64,000 nucleotides of DNA from the human T2T-CHM13v2.0 reference genome, Homo sapiens, in NCBI RefSeq assembly GCF_009914755.1, contig NC_060929.1. One strand, written 5' to 3'. A model generated the notes under the pieces. It was not told the DNA's origin. It did not search any database and saw only the letters and a list, made by a program, of their open reading frames with translations. The translations under genes and the position numbers were made by a program. Below, in pieces: positions 25,785 through 40,237 of this stretch (position 1 is its first letter; every line of letters starts with the position of its first letter).

Positions 25785-26450
25785 TTTTAAAAATTATTTT
25801 TAATTGTGTAAAATACACATAACAAAATTTATCATCATAACAATTTTTAAGTGTATAGTTCCGTGACATTAAGCACATTCACATTGCCATATAGACACCA
25901 TCACCAACCATCTCCAGAACTGTTTTCATTTTGCAAAATGAAAACTCTGTTTCTGTTAACAATATTTCCCCATCCTCCCTTCCCCCAGCCACTGGCAACC
26001 ATCATTCTACTTTCTGTCTATGAATTTGACGACTCTAGATACCTCATATAAGTGGAACAATACAACACTTGCCCTTTTGTGACTGGCTTATTTCACCTAA
26101 TATAATGCCCTCAAGGTTCATTCATGTTGTAGTATGTGTAGGAATTTCCTTCCTTTTTAAGGCTGTATAATACTCCATTGTATGTAGATACCACACTTTG
26201 TTTAGCAGTCCATCTATTGATGGACTTCTCTGCTTTCAATGCTATTGGCTATAAACACAGAAGTGAAATTGCTGGATCATATGGTAATTCTGTTTTTAAT
26301 TTTTTGAGGAATTGCCACATATACTGTTTTTCACAGCAGCTGCACCATTTTATATTTCCATGACAGTGAACAAAGTTTCCTATTTCTCCACATCCTCACC
26401 AACACTTATTTTCTGTTTTTTTTTTAACAGCAGCCACCCTAATGAGTCTA
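25785..26450 (-). mobile_element. L1MB-type 3' end
   Basis: TGTAAAATACACATAACAAAATTTATCATC...CCCAGCCACTGGCAACCATCATTCTACTTTCTGTCTATG...GCTGGATCATATGGTAATTC. Confidence 0.85.
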
Positions 26451-26669
26451 AGGTGAATCTAGTTATTTTAAGCAGAAATGAAATTAGACACTTAGAAACT
26501 ATCTGATGCACTGGAGCAACAAGCTCTAGACTGGACTTCCAGAATGATTGCCAGAACACTATAAAACCATCTGCCAGGGGAGCAATTACGTTTGTCACAA
26601 TCACAAATGAGGGGAAACAAAAAGTTGTTATTAGAACGACTGAGTTCAATAGTAAACCACTATTACTGT

Positions 26670-26985
26670 TGTATCAACTCTGACTACAATAATGATGCTT
26701 AACAAATAACGACAAAACTTCACTGGCCTACAACAATAAATATATATTTAGCTTTGTGCCTGCAGTTGGCTAATCTAGGCTAGACTTTCTGGGAGCAGCT
26801 GGACTGAGGCAGGAAGCTCTGCTCCATGTGTTTCTCATCTACCTGCTGGGACCAGCATGTTTACTGGAGTACAGTGTAGTCATCTCATGGTGATGTCATA
26901 AGGGTGAGTGGAAACCCACAAGTCCTCTTAAGGGCTAGGCTCAGAACTGGTATGCCAACACTTCCACCTTCTACTTTTGGTTGTA
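26670..26985 (-). mobile_element. Old MLT1 (H/I-like) fragment
   Basis: GCTCCATGTGTTTCTCATC...CTGGGACCAGC...CTCTTAAGGGCTAGGCTCAGAACTGG. Confidence 0.55.
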
Positions 26986-29309
26986 TTTCTCTCATTTAGT
27001 GACATGGAAAATAATAGGAATACAGGGAAGTAAGAAGATTGGAATCAAGAAACCCCTGCCACTCCCACTCAATGCCCTCAAGCAGGTGTCAAGACATTGG
27101 AACATGTGGCTGTCACTGTTTGCCCTACAAGTGTCTCTCACATCCATGAAACTGGAGAGTGGATCCTGGAACACGGCTGCAGAAAAACTCCATAACTATT
27201 CTTGCCAGCAGAAAATAGCCAAACACAATAGAAAGTAAATTCCACCTCACATTTCATTTCCAAAACTCACACAAATGCATCTTTTTAGAAGCCCTTAACA
27301 AGTATTGAGAGTGCTAGCTGCAAATGAGTCTGAGAAATGGTTTTTTTAAAAAAACTTTTGAGCCTCTGGAACCCAAGACATCACACTAGGAAGCAGAAAT
27401 TAAGGCCAAGTGCTAATTGGTCACATCCAACATACCTGGCTAGACACTCATAACATATGGTCTCCTGAATCACTTGGATATTCAGCTTCACTGCATCTTA
27501 GTGACTCTAATAGTACCTGCAAGCTACCGCAGTCCCTCGAGCTCCTTACTCCTAGGGGTTCTAGTATATGGCTACCAGGACCTCTTAGAGCAAGATCTGA
27601 AGAGTCACCCTGAGGCAATATCACCATTATATCATGCTCGTAATACAGGAGGATCATTTACAGATGTGATCTTTATTAAACATGAACTTGAGAAATTCAC
27701 CCTCTAAAATCTTAGTTTTCATTTGAATTTGAAATGTTACAATATAAAACTAATCCTAGAAAAAGATTTTTCCCAGAAGCAGATAATTTTTGCATTTTAT
27801 ACTTACGTAAGGTTTAAGATAAAATAAAACACATCATTTATTAATTTAGACTTTTTGTTGCAGGTTTCCTGAAACATTGTTGAGTCTTAAAAAATAATTT
27901 AGGAATTGATGTACAGGTGTCACTATATTTATCGCTGAAGTCTTTGATGAGTGTTGATGGCACTATTTCCTACTATTGCTGGCTTGTTATAGCCTGCCAT
28001 GCTAGAAGTTTAGGCATTGATGGATTATAGAACCTGAAGATCTGGAGAAAGAAGTAATTCAAATGTAGTCAAAAGCTGTCAAACTCCTATTGTTATTTTT
28101 GGTACTTCAGGGGCTCAAAGAGTAGCTGGAGAAGACCAAGGGCCAGGAGGCAATGTTGGTTAGCAAAGGAGAGCAGGAAGCCAGCAGGCACAGTGGACAT
28201 TGAGGAATCTTGGATATGCCACACTCCTGATTCAAGAGCAGCAGAGAGTAAATTAAGAAGAGAGAATACAACGAGTCAGGAAAGGCTTTGCCCTGGAGAA
28301 AAAGCCAATTCCATGGTCAGCAGGAGAAACTAGAATCAGTTCACTGGTCTGTTATTCATGCACGAAACGAAGTCAGGGCTTGTATCAAAACCTCATGTCC
28401 AAGTTGGTAAGTCAAGACTGACATTCAGAAGACTCAAATTGAGTATGACCCAAACTGACTTTAGCAAAAGCAGGGAATCAAAATGCTGGGGGTTAGAGGA
28501 CAGTAATGGGTCCCAACAATGCAAAGAACTAGAGTATCAGCAAAACAGAACGCACAACAAAATAGAGCCGCCTAGGGATGAGGGTGGAGAAGAACACCAA
28601 GGCATGGGCAGACTGCCTCGCTGCTTTTGCCTCAACCAATTTAAAGAGATTGGCCTTGGGATGCAGTATAGAGTTTGGCAGGAACTAGTGGAGACATGGG
28701 TGCTGCAGGTCAAGGCAGGCCAGAGATGCCAGGCAGCCAAATAGAGAAATAAAACACAGTTGACCAGCAGTTCTTCACAGTCCAGCAGCTGCTACAAAGA
28801 CTTACATACTTCTATTTGAAAGAGGAGCCAGATCCCAAAATACAGAATGCTCAGGGGATCCAGTGCAATGAAAATAACCTTGCTAGAGCGACAGAATTTA
28901 AAAGACAGACCTTGACTACAATAAATAGCAAAGTAATAAATGTTAGTACCACTCTTCTCACAGTCACAGGGTTCAAGAGGACAAATTTTTAAAAATTATT
29001 TTGTTTTATTTTTAAAACATTTATCTATAAGATACATAAAACATCTGCATTTTAAGAAAACTCTTCTGGTAATAATTTTATACTTTATTATTTAAACATT
29101 CAATAGAAAGCTAAAATATTAATAAATTAATCAAAATCGGGTTTCATAAAAGTTGCTTCTATAAATGACATTTTATAGAAGTACGATTCTGTAAAAAGAC
29201 AAAGAAACAGGTCTAGAAATCTGGAATGAGTCTGGTCTCTAATAATGACTACTGATCATTTCTGATAACACATAAAAGATAACATTCTCTGCCCCAATAT
29301 GAATATTCA

Positions 29310-29628
29310 GGCCAGGTGCAATAGCTCACTTCTGTAATCCCAGCACCATGGGAGGCCAAAGCAAGAGGATCACTTGAGCCTAGGAGTTTGAGACTAGCCT
29401 GGGCAACATAGGAAGACTCCTGCCTCTACAAATAAAGTTTAAAAAATTAGCCAGGTGTAGTGGCACACACCTGCAGTCCTACCTACTCGGGAGGCTGAGG
29501 GAGGGGATTGCTCAAGCCCAGGAGTTTGAGATATGTAGTGAACCGTGATCACATCACTGCACTCCAGCGTGGGTGACAGAGCAAGACCTTGTCTCGAAAA
29601 AACATTTTTAAAATAAAAATTTTAAAAA
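29310..29628 (+). mobile_element. AluJ
   Basis: Divergent full dimer with GAGGATCACTTGAGCCTAGGAG (J-type). Confidence 0.93.
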
Positions 29629-30807
29629 AGAATACTCGACCATTTCACAATAGCAGTTAAATATGCATAAAATATAAACAATTATTAAGTATCATTAATA
29701 TAATCTAATATTTGGAATGGGAAGAAACTTTTGTGCTTTTTCACATGGATTGTATTATCCCTAAAGTCAATGACAGCTCAAATTACATAGTTACAGATGT
29801 TAAAAAATACCTGACTGTGTGTGATCAAAAAGTTCATTAAGATATTTGTGGCCTTTTGACAACAAATAGATTTGTATAATCAGCTAAAACCCACTGGAGT
29901 ATACAAATATGGTGTCTGGAAATTTTTCTTTTTAATAAAGCAACAACAACTTCCAGACAAATTCCAGATACTGGTGAAGCTGACCAGTATCTATGAAAAC
30001 TTTGCAAGCTGGACTTTCCTCAGACAGCACATTTCTCTTTTCCATCCAAGTCCTTTCTCTGTTATATTTTACATTACGATAACAAAATGATACACAACCT
30101 GCTTTAGAATGTAGCCAGTGAATCAACACAGGAATGGTGTTATCTCAGTAGCAGGACTCTTCGTTGGGCAGAGAATGAATACCTAATAGCAAGACAAAAT
30201 GGAACAAAAAAACCTGTTGTGTATGGTAATTGTGATCTATTAGGTGCTCTAAGTGAGTTTCAAAAATTTGTCTTCAGGAAATTACAAATAGAAGAGTTTC
30301 CAGAGAGAGCCCTTACCTACTGTATTTTCTTCCTGGCCCGATTTTTGTTGAGACCTGGTGGCATTACCTTGAGGCCATGGAGAAAGTTACCACTTATAAA
30401 TCCAGTTTTTAATGTATTTTTTTTCTTTTCTTCAATCTACCATTACCTTGATCTTGATGGTTTTTAATACATTTTAATGTAATGATCACTGCTGCTCTGT
30501 TTTTAGTGTTGTAATTATTTTAAAGCCAGCTTCAGTGAACACCAACATTATTAGCTAACTGTATAGGGTGAGGGCTATAAAACTCCAACTATATTTAACT
30601 TAAAAATAATTTTGCTTAAACCTTTAAGGCATCTTGATAAACTTTAGGTTAGTTAAAATAAGCAGAGCAGTCAAAGATGTTTTAGAGTTTCATCTCTCAT
30701 TCATGGACTTTTGTTCCTGTTGTTTATCCCAAACACAATTCCACGTAACTTTCTTTGCCCAGTCACAAGCTGAATATTTTTAACAGCAGCTCAAACTCAG
30801 AAAAGGG

Positions 30808-30829
30808 GTGTGTGTGTGTGTGTGTGTGT
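30808..30829. repeat. (GT)n microsatellite
   Basis: About 11 GT units. Confidence 0.9.
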
Positions 30830-30990
30830 ACACGGACACACATAGTGTTCTAGTCAGGGTTCAAAATCACAGATACCCAAGCTAGCTCCAACAAAGAGAC
30901 AGATATGTAAGACATATAAAGAATCTCATGAAATATGAGGTTAGGAATAGCAAGCCTTGTGCAAAAGTGGTACTGAGGATTAGAAAGCTA

Positions 30991-31279
30991 TTTGTTTTTG
31001 TTTCTTTTTAAAATTTTTCCATAAGTTATTAGGGTACAGGTAGTATTTGGTTACATGAGTAAGTTCTTTAGTGGTGATTTGTGAGATGTTGGTGCACCCA
31101 TCACCTGAGCAGTGTACACTGCACCATATTTGTAGTCTTCTATCCTTGTCCCCCTTCCACTCTTCCCCCCAAGTCCCAAAAGTCCATTGTATCATTCTTA
31201 TGCCTTTGCGTCCTCATAGCTTAGCTCCCACATATCAGTGAGAACATACAATGCTTGGTTTTCCATTCCTGAGTTACTT
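30991..31279 (-). mobile_element. L1PB 3' end fragment
   Basis: GGTACAGGTAGTATTTGGTTACATGAGTAAGTTCTTTAGTGGTGATT...; same 3' UTR type as the 57850 element. Confidence 0.88.
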
Positions 31280-31445
31280 GAAACCAAGGCTACATTCTCT
31301 ACTTCTCAGGAACCATGTGACTTTGTCCTTAGTCCTCTCTCTCGTGATTGGATTCTTCTACTTATCAGAACATGGTCATCTGGTATGACTTCATAGCTTG
31401 GCTTCTCAGCTCCAGTGAGCACCACCAACTAAAATGGTCTTTTGT

Positions 31446-31730
31446 GGACATGCAAAGTGGCTCACGCCTGTAATCCCAACACTTTGGGAGACCAAGGCAG
31501 AAGGATTTCTTGAGGCCAGGAGTTCAAGACCAGCCTGGACTACAAAGCGAGACCCTGTCTCTACAAAAAATGTTTTAAAAATTAGTCATGTGTGGTGGTG
31601 CACACATGTAGTCCTAGCTACTCCAGAGGCTAAGGCAAAAGAATCACTTGTACCCAGGCATCAATGAACTATGATCGTGCCACTGCACTCCAGCCAGGGC
31701 AACAAAGTGAGACCCCTCTCTAGAAAAAAA
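31446..31730 (+). mobile_element. AluJ
   Basis: Divergent dimer with a small internal deletion. Confidence 0.9.
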
Positions 31731-32371
31731 TTTTTAATGTCCCTTTGTGTTTCCTAATTCAAGTTTCTGAGAGAGGGACTTAGATAGAGTCAGCAATGTG
31801 ACCTGTGATTGGCCCTTTGTGGGTCTTCTGGAATAATCAATTAGATCAGAGAAGACAGATCACAAAAATGGCCAAACAGACCTTGTGGGCAGGACAAGCA
31901 AAGATAGAAATGTCCAGTATGACCACTGAGTGTATGGATAGTTGTTATTTATATGGCACATTATAGCTTCACAATACTACATTTTAAAATTTACTCTGTC
32001 TTAGTGAAAATTCAACTAGAAAACAGAAAATATATTTACTTATTTACAATAGAGGGAATTTAATACTGGAAATTGGTAACATAGGAGATGGAAAGGCTGA
32101 AAGTGAAACTGTAAACAACGTAGACATTAGCAACAGCAGGATGTTTCTGGCTCCCCTAAGCTGGAAGGACAAAAATAGCGGGTGGTGTTACTGGAATTCA
32201 GGGCCAGAACCACAGTCAGCCTAGAGACGAGGGAACTGAGGTCATAAAAGAGGCACAACTGTTCCTGAAGATGCTGCAGGGAAAGAGAAGAAAATAAATA
32301 CTCTGGCTTTTCTCTTCTTCTCACTTTCCAGTCTTCTCTGTACTTGCCATTGGCATGACACAGGAACCTGG

Positions 32372-32743
32372 TGTCTCAGCCAGTTCATGCTGCAATAACA
32401 AAATATCACAGACTGGGTGGCTTAAAAAATAGGCATTTATTTCTCACAGTTCTGGAGACTGGGAAGTTCAAAATCAAGAGGTCAGTATGGTAGGTTTCTG
32501 GCAAAGGTAGGTTTCTTCCTGGCTTGTAGATGGCCACCTTCTTGCTGTGTCCTCACATGTTGGAGAGAGAGAGAGAGAGAGAGACATCTCTTTCTCTTCC
32601 TCATCTTATAAGGCTACGGCCCTACGCTTATGACCTGATTTAACCTTAATTATCTCCTGAAGACCCCATCTCTAGAAACAATCACACTGGAGAGTAGGGT
32701 TTCAACATGTGAATTTGGAGGGGGCACAATTCAGTCCCTAGCA
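32372..32743 (-). mobile_element. MLT1A/MST-like LTR
   Basis: GCTGCAATAACAAAATATCACAGACTGGGTGGCTTAAA...CAATTCAGTCCCTAGCA; TSD CCTGG at 32367-32371 and 32744-32748. Confidence 0.85.
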
Positions 32744-32844
32744 CCTGGGAAACACAGCTGCTCACCACCCCCATACCACTGGGACATAGAAAATGCAAGA
32801 AATGCATCTGTCATCGCAAACAGGACAAGGACTGGCATGCTCTT

Positions 32845-32990
32845 CACAACACTGCAAGGAAGCTATTATCATTCTTACTTTACAAATTAGGAAATGAAGG
32901 CAATTTAAATAAACTTATTCAAGGTCACAAAGGCTGTAGATGGCAGCAACAGATTTTATTCCAGGTCTTCTCATTCCAAACCCAGCTGAC
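32845..32990 (-). mobile_element. MIR
   Basis: TATTATCATTCTTACTTTACAAATTAGGAAATGAAGGC...CAAGGTCACA. Confidence 0.7.
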
Positions 32991-33114
32991 AATGACTTCC
33001 ACTGAGCCTTCACCATGTATTTCAACTTTCCTGGGCTCACCTTTCTCCGAATTTCTATACTACTTTTATTCTTTACCTTGCAATTCATCACTGATTACCA
33101 TCTTATTTTCATCA

Positions 33115-33498
<384 letters not shown>

Positions 33499-35564
33499 TC
33501 ATGTAGCCCCCAAATAGCATCCATCCCATTGTCGAGGCATACAGTAGGTGCCAAATGACTGCTTTGATTGATTAATTTCTCCCACAACATTTCCTAGTGT
33601 TATTGAGAATGGTTGTATTTTTTCTTGTTAATAAAACCCTTCATCTATTTTCCAAAATGCCATAGTTCTCCAGTCATCAAGAAAATTTGTCTGTGGCTCA
33701 AGGAAATCATCTATATAAATGTCTTTTTATTATTTTAGATATAATCCCATAGAATGGCCTATTGGTACGAATCAGAATCTTTAAATACTTTCCAATTTCC
33801 CTCTTAACTGAGTTATGTGTCAAGGTTATCTTTCATCTTCCGCATTATTCATCCTTATTGTGAAACTGCCATCCACCTTTGTCATAGCTGCCCTGCGAAT
33901 ATCCGGCTAGGTCACTATTGATTGGCAATATGTCATACCATCCTTTGCAGATGAAATTCATAGAAAAATCAGAAATTCCTTTGCAAAAGCTCTTTCAGGT
34001 AAAATGATAAAGATTTATTTCATCATGACCATCTATGTTAGGAAATATGGCATATATATTGCAATCACTCAGAATGTTATTAGCACAATGAGATATAAAA
34101 CAAAACCAGATTTCATAGAACTTGTATTAAAATATCAGAATCATACTGTCTTTTACTTTTACCCTAACTCAGCTGCCAGCTTCTGGACCCTGTCATAACT
34201 AGTAATTCTTTTCTTCAAGTATCCCATTCCCTGATCACCAGCAATTATTTTTCCAGATTACTTTCATGGGCACCACTGCAAAAACTCTTCAACTGCTTTG
34301 AGACCTCCAGTGCAATGCCCCTGTCACTTTCTCCCCATCCACTGTTACACATCCCACTCCACCCCTCACCAGTTTAACTTTCTTCCTTTCCTAAAATGTT
34401 GTTTTTCTGCATGTCTATTTAAGTTAGTGAACATTCTTGGAGGAAATAACAGGACCAGGCTGAATGATTTCTGAGGTTTAGTCTTTTTCAGGTAGGGGAA
34501 GGATGTTTTAGCTTTTGTTTTTGTTTTGAAGGAGATGAGGGTTGCAGCTTTTCTTATGTTTTAAGGAAAATTGATGGTTCCTGTCAGACCCAAATTATAT
34601 TTAATTTTTTAAAAAAAGTTGTAGTTTAAAAATTCAAGTAACATGAAAGGATGTAGAGGTCAGCATCAGTCTCCCTCCAACCCCCTGATAGTCTCTGGTT
34701 CTCCTCTCTGCAGCAACTGGTGTTTTAATTTTTCTGTATCATCTTCCCAGAAGTATATTATATTAGTCAAGATAGGCTAGGTTATACTGTAGCAGCAAAT
34801 TTAACCCAAAATCTCAGTGGCTGAATACAACAAAGGTTTGTTTCTGCATCAAACTGCATGCTTAAGCTGCATCACTTTGTGAGGCTGTCATCTCAACATA
34901 CAGTTTTGGGTGAAGAAAGAGCTGGAAGGTTGCACAGGGGCTTAATCACATGGTCCACTTAACTGTAGAGTCATCTTCTGTGTGCCCAGGTGGGAGGGGA
35001 GAGCCAGATATCAGTAAGCACTAATAATCTCTATCATAAATACACTTATCTGTTCATTTTGCATAAATGGGAGCATACTAGACATAGTTTCTCCACTTTG
35101 CTTTGCTTTATTCACTTTGGAAGATATGATGCATATGATAATTTCCTACATGTGATCACACTATAATTTATTTACCTACTGTTTGATTGGTGGATATGTA
35201 GGCCATTTCTAGTATTTTGTTACTATAAACAGTAGCTATAATAAATATTATTGTAAGAGTAATACTGACATGTATTGAGACCATAATGTGTGCAAGGCAC
35301 TATTCAGATCATGTGGTATATTTTAAGTCTAATGCTGTTGGCAACTCTATGTGACAGGTGACATAATTTACAGGTATATTATTTATAGCAGCAGAGCCTG
35401 GCCTTAAACCTAGGCAACTGGTCCCATAGCCTATCTAATTCACATAGATATTTGCACCTATATGCACAAATTTCCACCATATAAATTCCTGTAAGTGAAT
35501 TTGTGGATCACAAAGAGTTTACGTTTTAAATTCTGTCAGATATTTTCAGAAGCACTAGACACCT

Positions 35565-35990
35565 TTTGTGGACACTTTCAAATCCACTCTGCTCTTAGGC
35601 AACCTATTCCATGCAGGTATCTACAATCTTCACGCAGATGTAATTTGACAGCACCTTTTCTTGGCATTCTCAACACTCACACATCAGAGAACTGGAAGCA
35701 CAGGGACGTCTAATGCCCATGTAGCCCCCTTGACCAATGGAAGCCAATCAATAAATGCTTCTCTCCCAGCTGGAAACTTCTATGATATATTTCCTAAGGC
35801 TCTTCAGAAGATCTCACAGAATTGAGCATTAGTTTTCCAAAGCAGCAACATACTGAATCTTTGCACTAGGTTTCTTTCATCCTCTTTCACTTCCCTGTCT
35901 CTCACTCTTGTTCCCTGCAATGACTTCTTAAATAAAGTATCTGCAGCAAAGCATTTGTCTCAACTCTGATTTCAGAGGAATCTAAATGTA
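35565..35990 (+). mobile_element. LTR16-family LTR (first of two in tandem)
   Basis: CCCTTGACCAATGG...TAAATGCTTCTCTC...AATAAAGTATCTGCAGC...TGTCTCAACTCTGATTTCAGAGGAATCTAAA. Confidence 0.6.
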
Positions 35991-35994
35991 GTAA

Positions 35995-36828
35995 ATGCAT
36001 GGTGCACCAACCAGATCCCTTCTTCAAGCCCACGGTACTCTTTCCCTTGGCCACTGGGAATGTGGCCTGCTGAGTCCCTTTTGGAGCACTACCCTAGCCA
36101 AAGGGAGCTGCTCCACTCTCCCCACAGCCTAACCCAGTGACTGGTAGGTTTAGGGGTAAAGGATCCTAACTACCGTGTCTCTGTTTAAGATCTCTTTGAA
36201 GAACAAGCTCAACTCCAGATAGTTCCATGGTGATATGGTTTGGATGTTTTGTCCTCTCCAAATCTCATGTTGAAATGTGATCCCCAATGTTGGAGGTCAG
36301 GTCTGGTAGCAGGTGTTTGGGTTATGGAGGTGGATTCCTCATGAATGGCTTGGTGCTGTCCTCGTGGTAATGAGTGAGTTCTCACTCAGTGAGTTCACAC
36401 AAGAGCTGGTTATTTAAAAGAGCCCGGCATTTCTCTTGCTCCTTCTCTCACCATGTGACACGCCGGCTCTCCTTTGCCTTCTGCCATGACTGTGAGCTTC
36501 CTGAGGCCCTCACCAGAAGCAGATGTTAGCACCATGGTTCATGTGCAGCCTGCAGAACCATGAGCCAAATAAACTTCATCATTATAAATTACCCAGTCCC
36601 AGATGTTTCTTAATAGCAATGCAAATGGACTAACACACATGGGATGCACCAAGCCCAATAAATGGCAACTACATCACAGTTCAACTTCTCCCTCTGCTCA
36701 GTCTTGCTTTCCTCACTCCCATACAGGTGTTGTTCTTGAGAACACTCCCCCATAAACCTCCTGCATGTAAATATCCACCTCAGAGCCTGTTTCCTAGGAA
36801 ACAAGATCTCAGACGCTAAACTAAGACA
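35995..36828 (+). mobile_element. LTR16-family 5' LTR interrupted by MST
   Basis: Ends CACTCCCCCATAAACCTCCTGCATGTAAATATCCACCTCAGAGCCTGTTTCC...CTAAGACA, followed by PBS-like TGGTATCAGTAGTGG. Confidence 0.7.
36231..36637 (+). mobile_element. MSTA/B LTR
   Basis: TGATATGGTTTGGATGTTTTGTCC...GCAAATGGACTAACACA; TSD CATGG at 36226-36230 and 36638-36642. Confidence 0.9.
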
Positions 36829-37400
36829 ATTGGTATCAGTAGTGGCCCTAGAAAACAGGCCTTTGGGATGAGATTTTGGGGCTGGATCACTCACAAACTG
36901 CAGTAAAACTCCTCTGCAATTCCTGAGCTCTCAATTGTCCAAGATTGAGATGAGGTGCATGTCAAAAGTGAAGTACTGGGTTATGCAGTAGCTAAGGTAC
37001 TTAACAGGGTTAATGTTCATTATGATTGTAGTGGTGGCCTGAAATGCTTTTGATCTAAAAGGTTTTTGCAGTGACTAAACAGGTGTATTGAGCGCAGATA
37101 TGATGGGGATCTCAACCACTGAATTCTTTAAGTGTTGATGGGGCTACCATTTCCTCTGAGCTGTGGTATTATTTGTGATTCACTATCTTGGCCAAGGGGT
37201 TGGGGGACAGTTTCAGAGGCTTACAGAATGTCTATCAGCATAGCAATGGACACAACATTACCTCTGAGGGTCTCATTTTATGGCAAAAGTAGTAAGTCAG
37301 TGGGTACAGGACCACAAGACATAGCGGTTTTATCACATACCTCTTTATCCCAAAGCATCTAGCTTACCAGATGGTTAAGTGACCTTTTACAGGTTCAGGT
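36829..37400. pseudogene. Rearranged ERVL (HERV16-like) internal remnant: PBS/leader (+), RT N-terminus (-), integrase (+)
   Basis: tRNA-Leu-type PBS; minus strand reads KPLKL...AKIVNHK*YH and PV*SLQKP; plus strand GLTECL...HFMAK...QW...YHIP. Confidence 0.6.
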
Positions 37401-37409
37401 AACCCTCCA

Positions 37410-37665
37410 ACTCATATGAAGTACCTAAAATAAGCAAATTTATAAAGGCAGTATAATAGAGGTTACCACAGACAGGATACAGGAGGGAATGGGAAGTTAT
37501 TGTTTTGATGAGTACAGAGTTTCTGTTTGGGATGATGAAAAAGCTCTGGAAATGGATAGTGATGATTGCACAACATTGTAAAGGCACTGAATGCCACTGA
37601 ATTTTACACTTAAAGATGGTTACAATGGTGACTTCTGTTATGTATATTCTACCACAATAAAAAAT
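37410..37665 (+). mobile_element. L1MB-type 3' end
   Basis: GTACAGAGTTTCTGTTTGGGATGATGAAAAAGCTCTGGAAATGGATAGTG...ACCACAATAAAAA. Confidence 0.85.
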
Positions 37666-37779
37666 GTACAAGTGTTTTTAAAAAGGAATTAATCTGGAGT
37701 ATAAAATTCCACTGTACTAATGCTTTATCTACTTGGTATTAAGGATACAGATAGGTAGAAAATTAAAAAATATATATAA

Positions 37780-38107
<328 letters not shown>

Positions 38108-39059
38108 TTTCCTTCCATGTTTGAGTAGCATTTATTTGGCGGCTCCTAGAATACCAGTTAGTATATGTGCAAAAGGATTTCACTTACCTTGCTTTATCTC
38201 TTTATGTGAACGCACTCCATGCTATTAGAATTAGTAACAGTGCAATAAAGTTTCAGAGTGATAACAATATTCACAGAGTCAGTGTGGATTTTATGGCTCA
38301 CTAATCTAGCTATGGAAATTAGAATGCCAGATAAATACATATTTTACCAGTTTTGCATGTTTAAGGGGATAGGCAGTCTACCAAGACATTTCCGTGAGTG
38401 GTTAGTTCCCTTCTGCATTCATATGCAATACTGTAAGCTCTTAGTCTAACTGCATCATTATATTTCCTCAGTGATTGATAAAAATTATAAATTAGCTGTT
38501 GTTGCAAGATGTTATTTTTCTTTTCTATAATTTCACAGACATTTCAAAGATAAAACTGCCATATAATCTATAATAGTAGAAAATATCCAAATGCACTCAT
38601 AATTTGGTGCAGAGGATCTATAGTTGGATAAACTGGAAGAATTGATAAAGAATATAAAAAGCATATCTTTGTTATTACTTAACTGAAATATTCACAGTGA
38701 TGCTATCATTGTTTTTGCAATGCATGAAAATTATTATTTCTGTATTAATTTAGAACTAGCACTATAAGTTCTGCAATATTGATTATTATTTCCCTTGGGA
38801 TAGTATAAATCATTTTAATATGCTGATGTGGTTAATATTTCACCAAAGTTAATACTTATTTCTTACACAATTATAACTCAAATAAATCACTCTTTTTAGC
38901 ACGTTGCTTTGTCTTATTATTCTGTGCAATTTTACTTCAGAATTACTGCCATCCTTTGTTTTTTCTGTGATTGTACTACCTTTTTTACTTTACTTTTTAT
39001 ATAAAATACATAGAGTATAAAATTAATGTGTTTCAAATGAGTTCTGTAAACAATAGTTT

Positions 39060-39680
39060 AATCACAAGACTCTGAATGCTCCAGGATAGACCTGGGAGCT
39101 TCTGCTCCTGTATTTGAGTTTTAAGCTAACCAAGGGTCAATTGTTTATCCCCAGATCTGTTGATGCCAGTTATAGTAGTTGTTACAACTGCAGAATTTAA
39201 TTAAATACTACATAAAATGAGAAATATGAATGCAGAAACGTTAAGCTTTAATTTGATGGAAACTAAGTCAAAGGCTTCAAAATGCTTAAAAAGTGAGTTG
39301 CTTAAAAATATTTGTAAATTACATGGAGGTGAAGCAATTGTAAAAAAAAAAATTGAATTGCAAAAATCCAGAAAGATTCTGCATTCGGACTGCTCTGCAA
39401 TGTCTTATATTCTATCTCCATGTTAATAAAATGGAAACCATGAAATTGAAGATAATGCAAATGAGATTGTGCCTTATTAAAACAAAGCGTAAAACTCTGA
39501 TCAGGGGCTAAAACTCAAATGAAAGAAATAGACTCCCCTGAACATTTGGTGAATGAATGCATAAAATATAAGCTTTAATTTTAAAACACGTAATTTTTGT
39601 ATTGTTTTTCCCCCTTTAACCACTTTTTTGACTAACTAACCACCAGCAGCTAACGTGTCAGCAAAGAGTGTTCCCGGTAT
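39060..39680 (+). mobile_element. Possible old Tigger (Tigger13-like) transposase remnant
   Basis: ORF 39217-39426 (METKSKASKCLKSELLKNICKLHGGEAIVK...) resembles a decayed CENP-B/pogo HTH; recall only. Confidence 0.4.
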
Positions 39681-40237
39681 TAGATTATAGTCTAGAAGGG
39701 CCTGTCTAAATATTCTAATATGTCATAAAAACCTGAAAATTTTAATAGAACAAGATTTAAGTGATTTTGTAGCATGGTTAAGTACAAAACAACAATGCCT
39801 AATAACTTAATTTGTTGCATCTAAAATAATATTGGCGTAAGCAGACGTGATTTATAAATTTTTGAAATAGAATAAATTGGGTTTTTGTCTTCTTATCTGT
39901 TTTATTCAAATTTGAGGGTTGTTGTTATTGTTGTTTTAATAAAAGATGGAGAAGGGGAATGCAAAGGTAACACTTTTGTTTTTCAGGCTTTTCAGGAGTT
40001 AGAGAATATAAATACCAGCAAAATAATCTTTCAAAAACACATTTTACAGCTTTATTGAGGTATAATTGATATATAACAAACAGAACCTATTAAAGTGTAT
40101 CATTTGATATGTTTTGACATATGAATACACCAAGAAACTAGCACGTTTCCAAAGTGGTTATACATTTTACATTTCCACCATCAGTACATCAGAGTTTGTA
40201 TTGGTCCACCTCCTTGCTAACAGTTGGTATGATCAGT

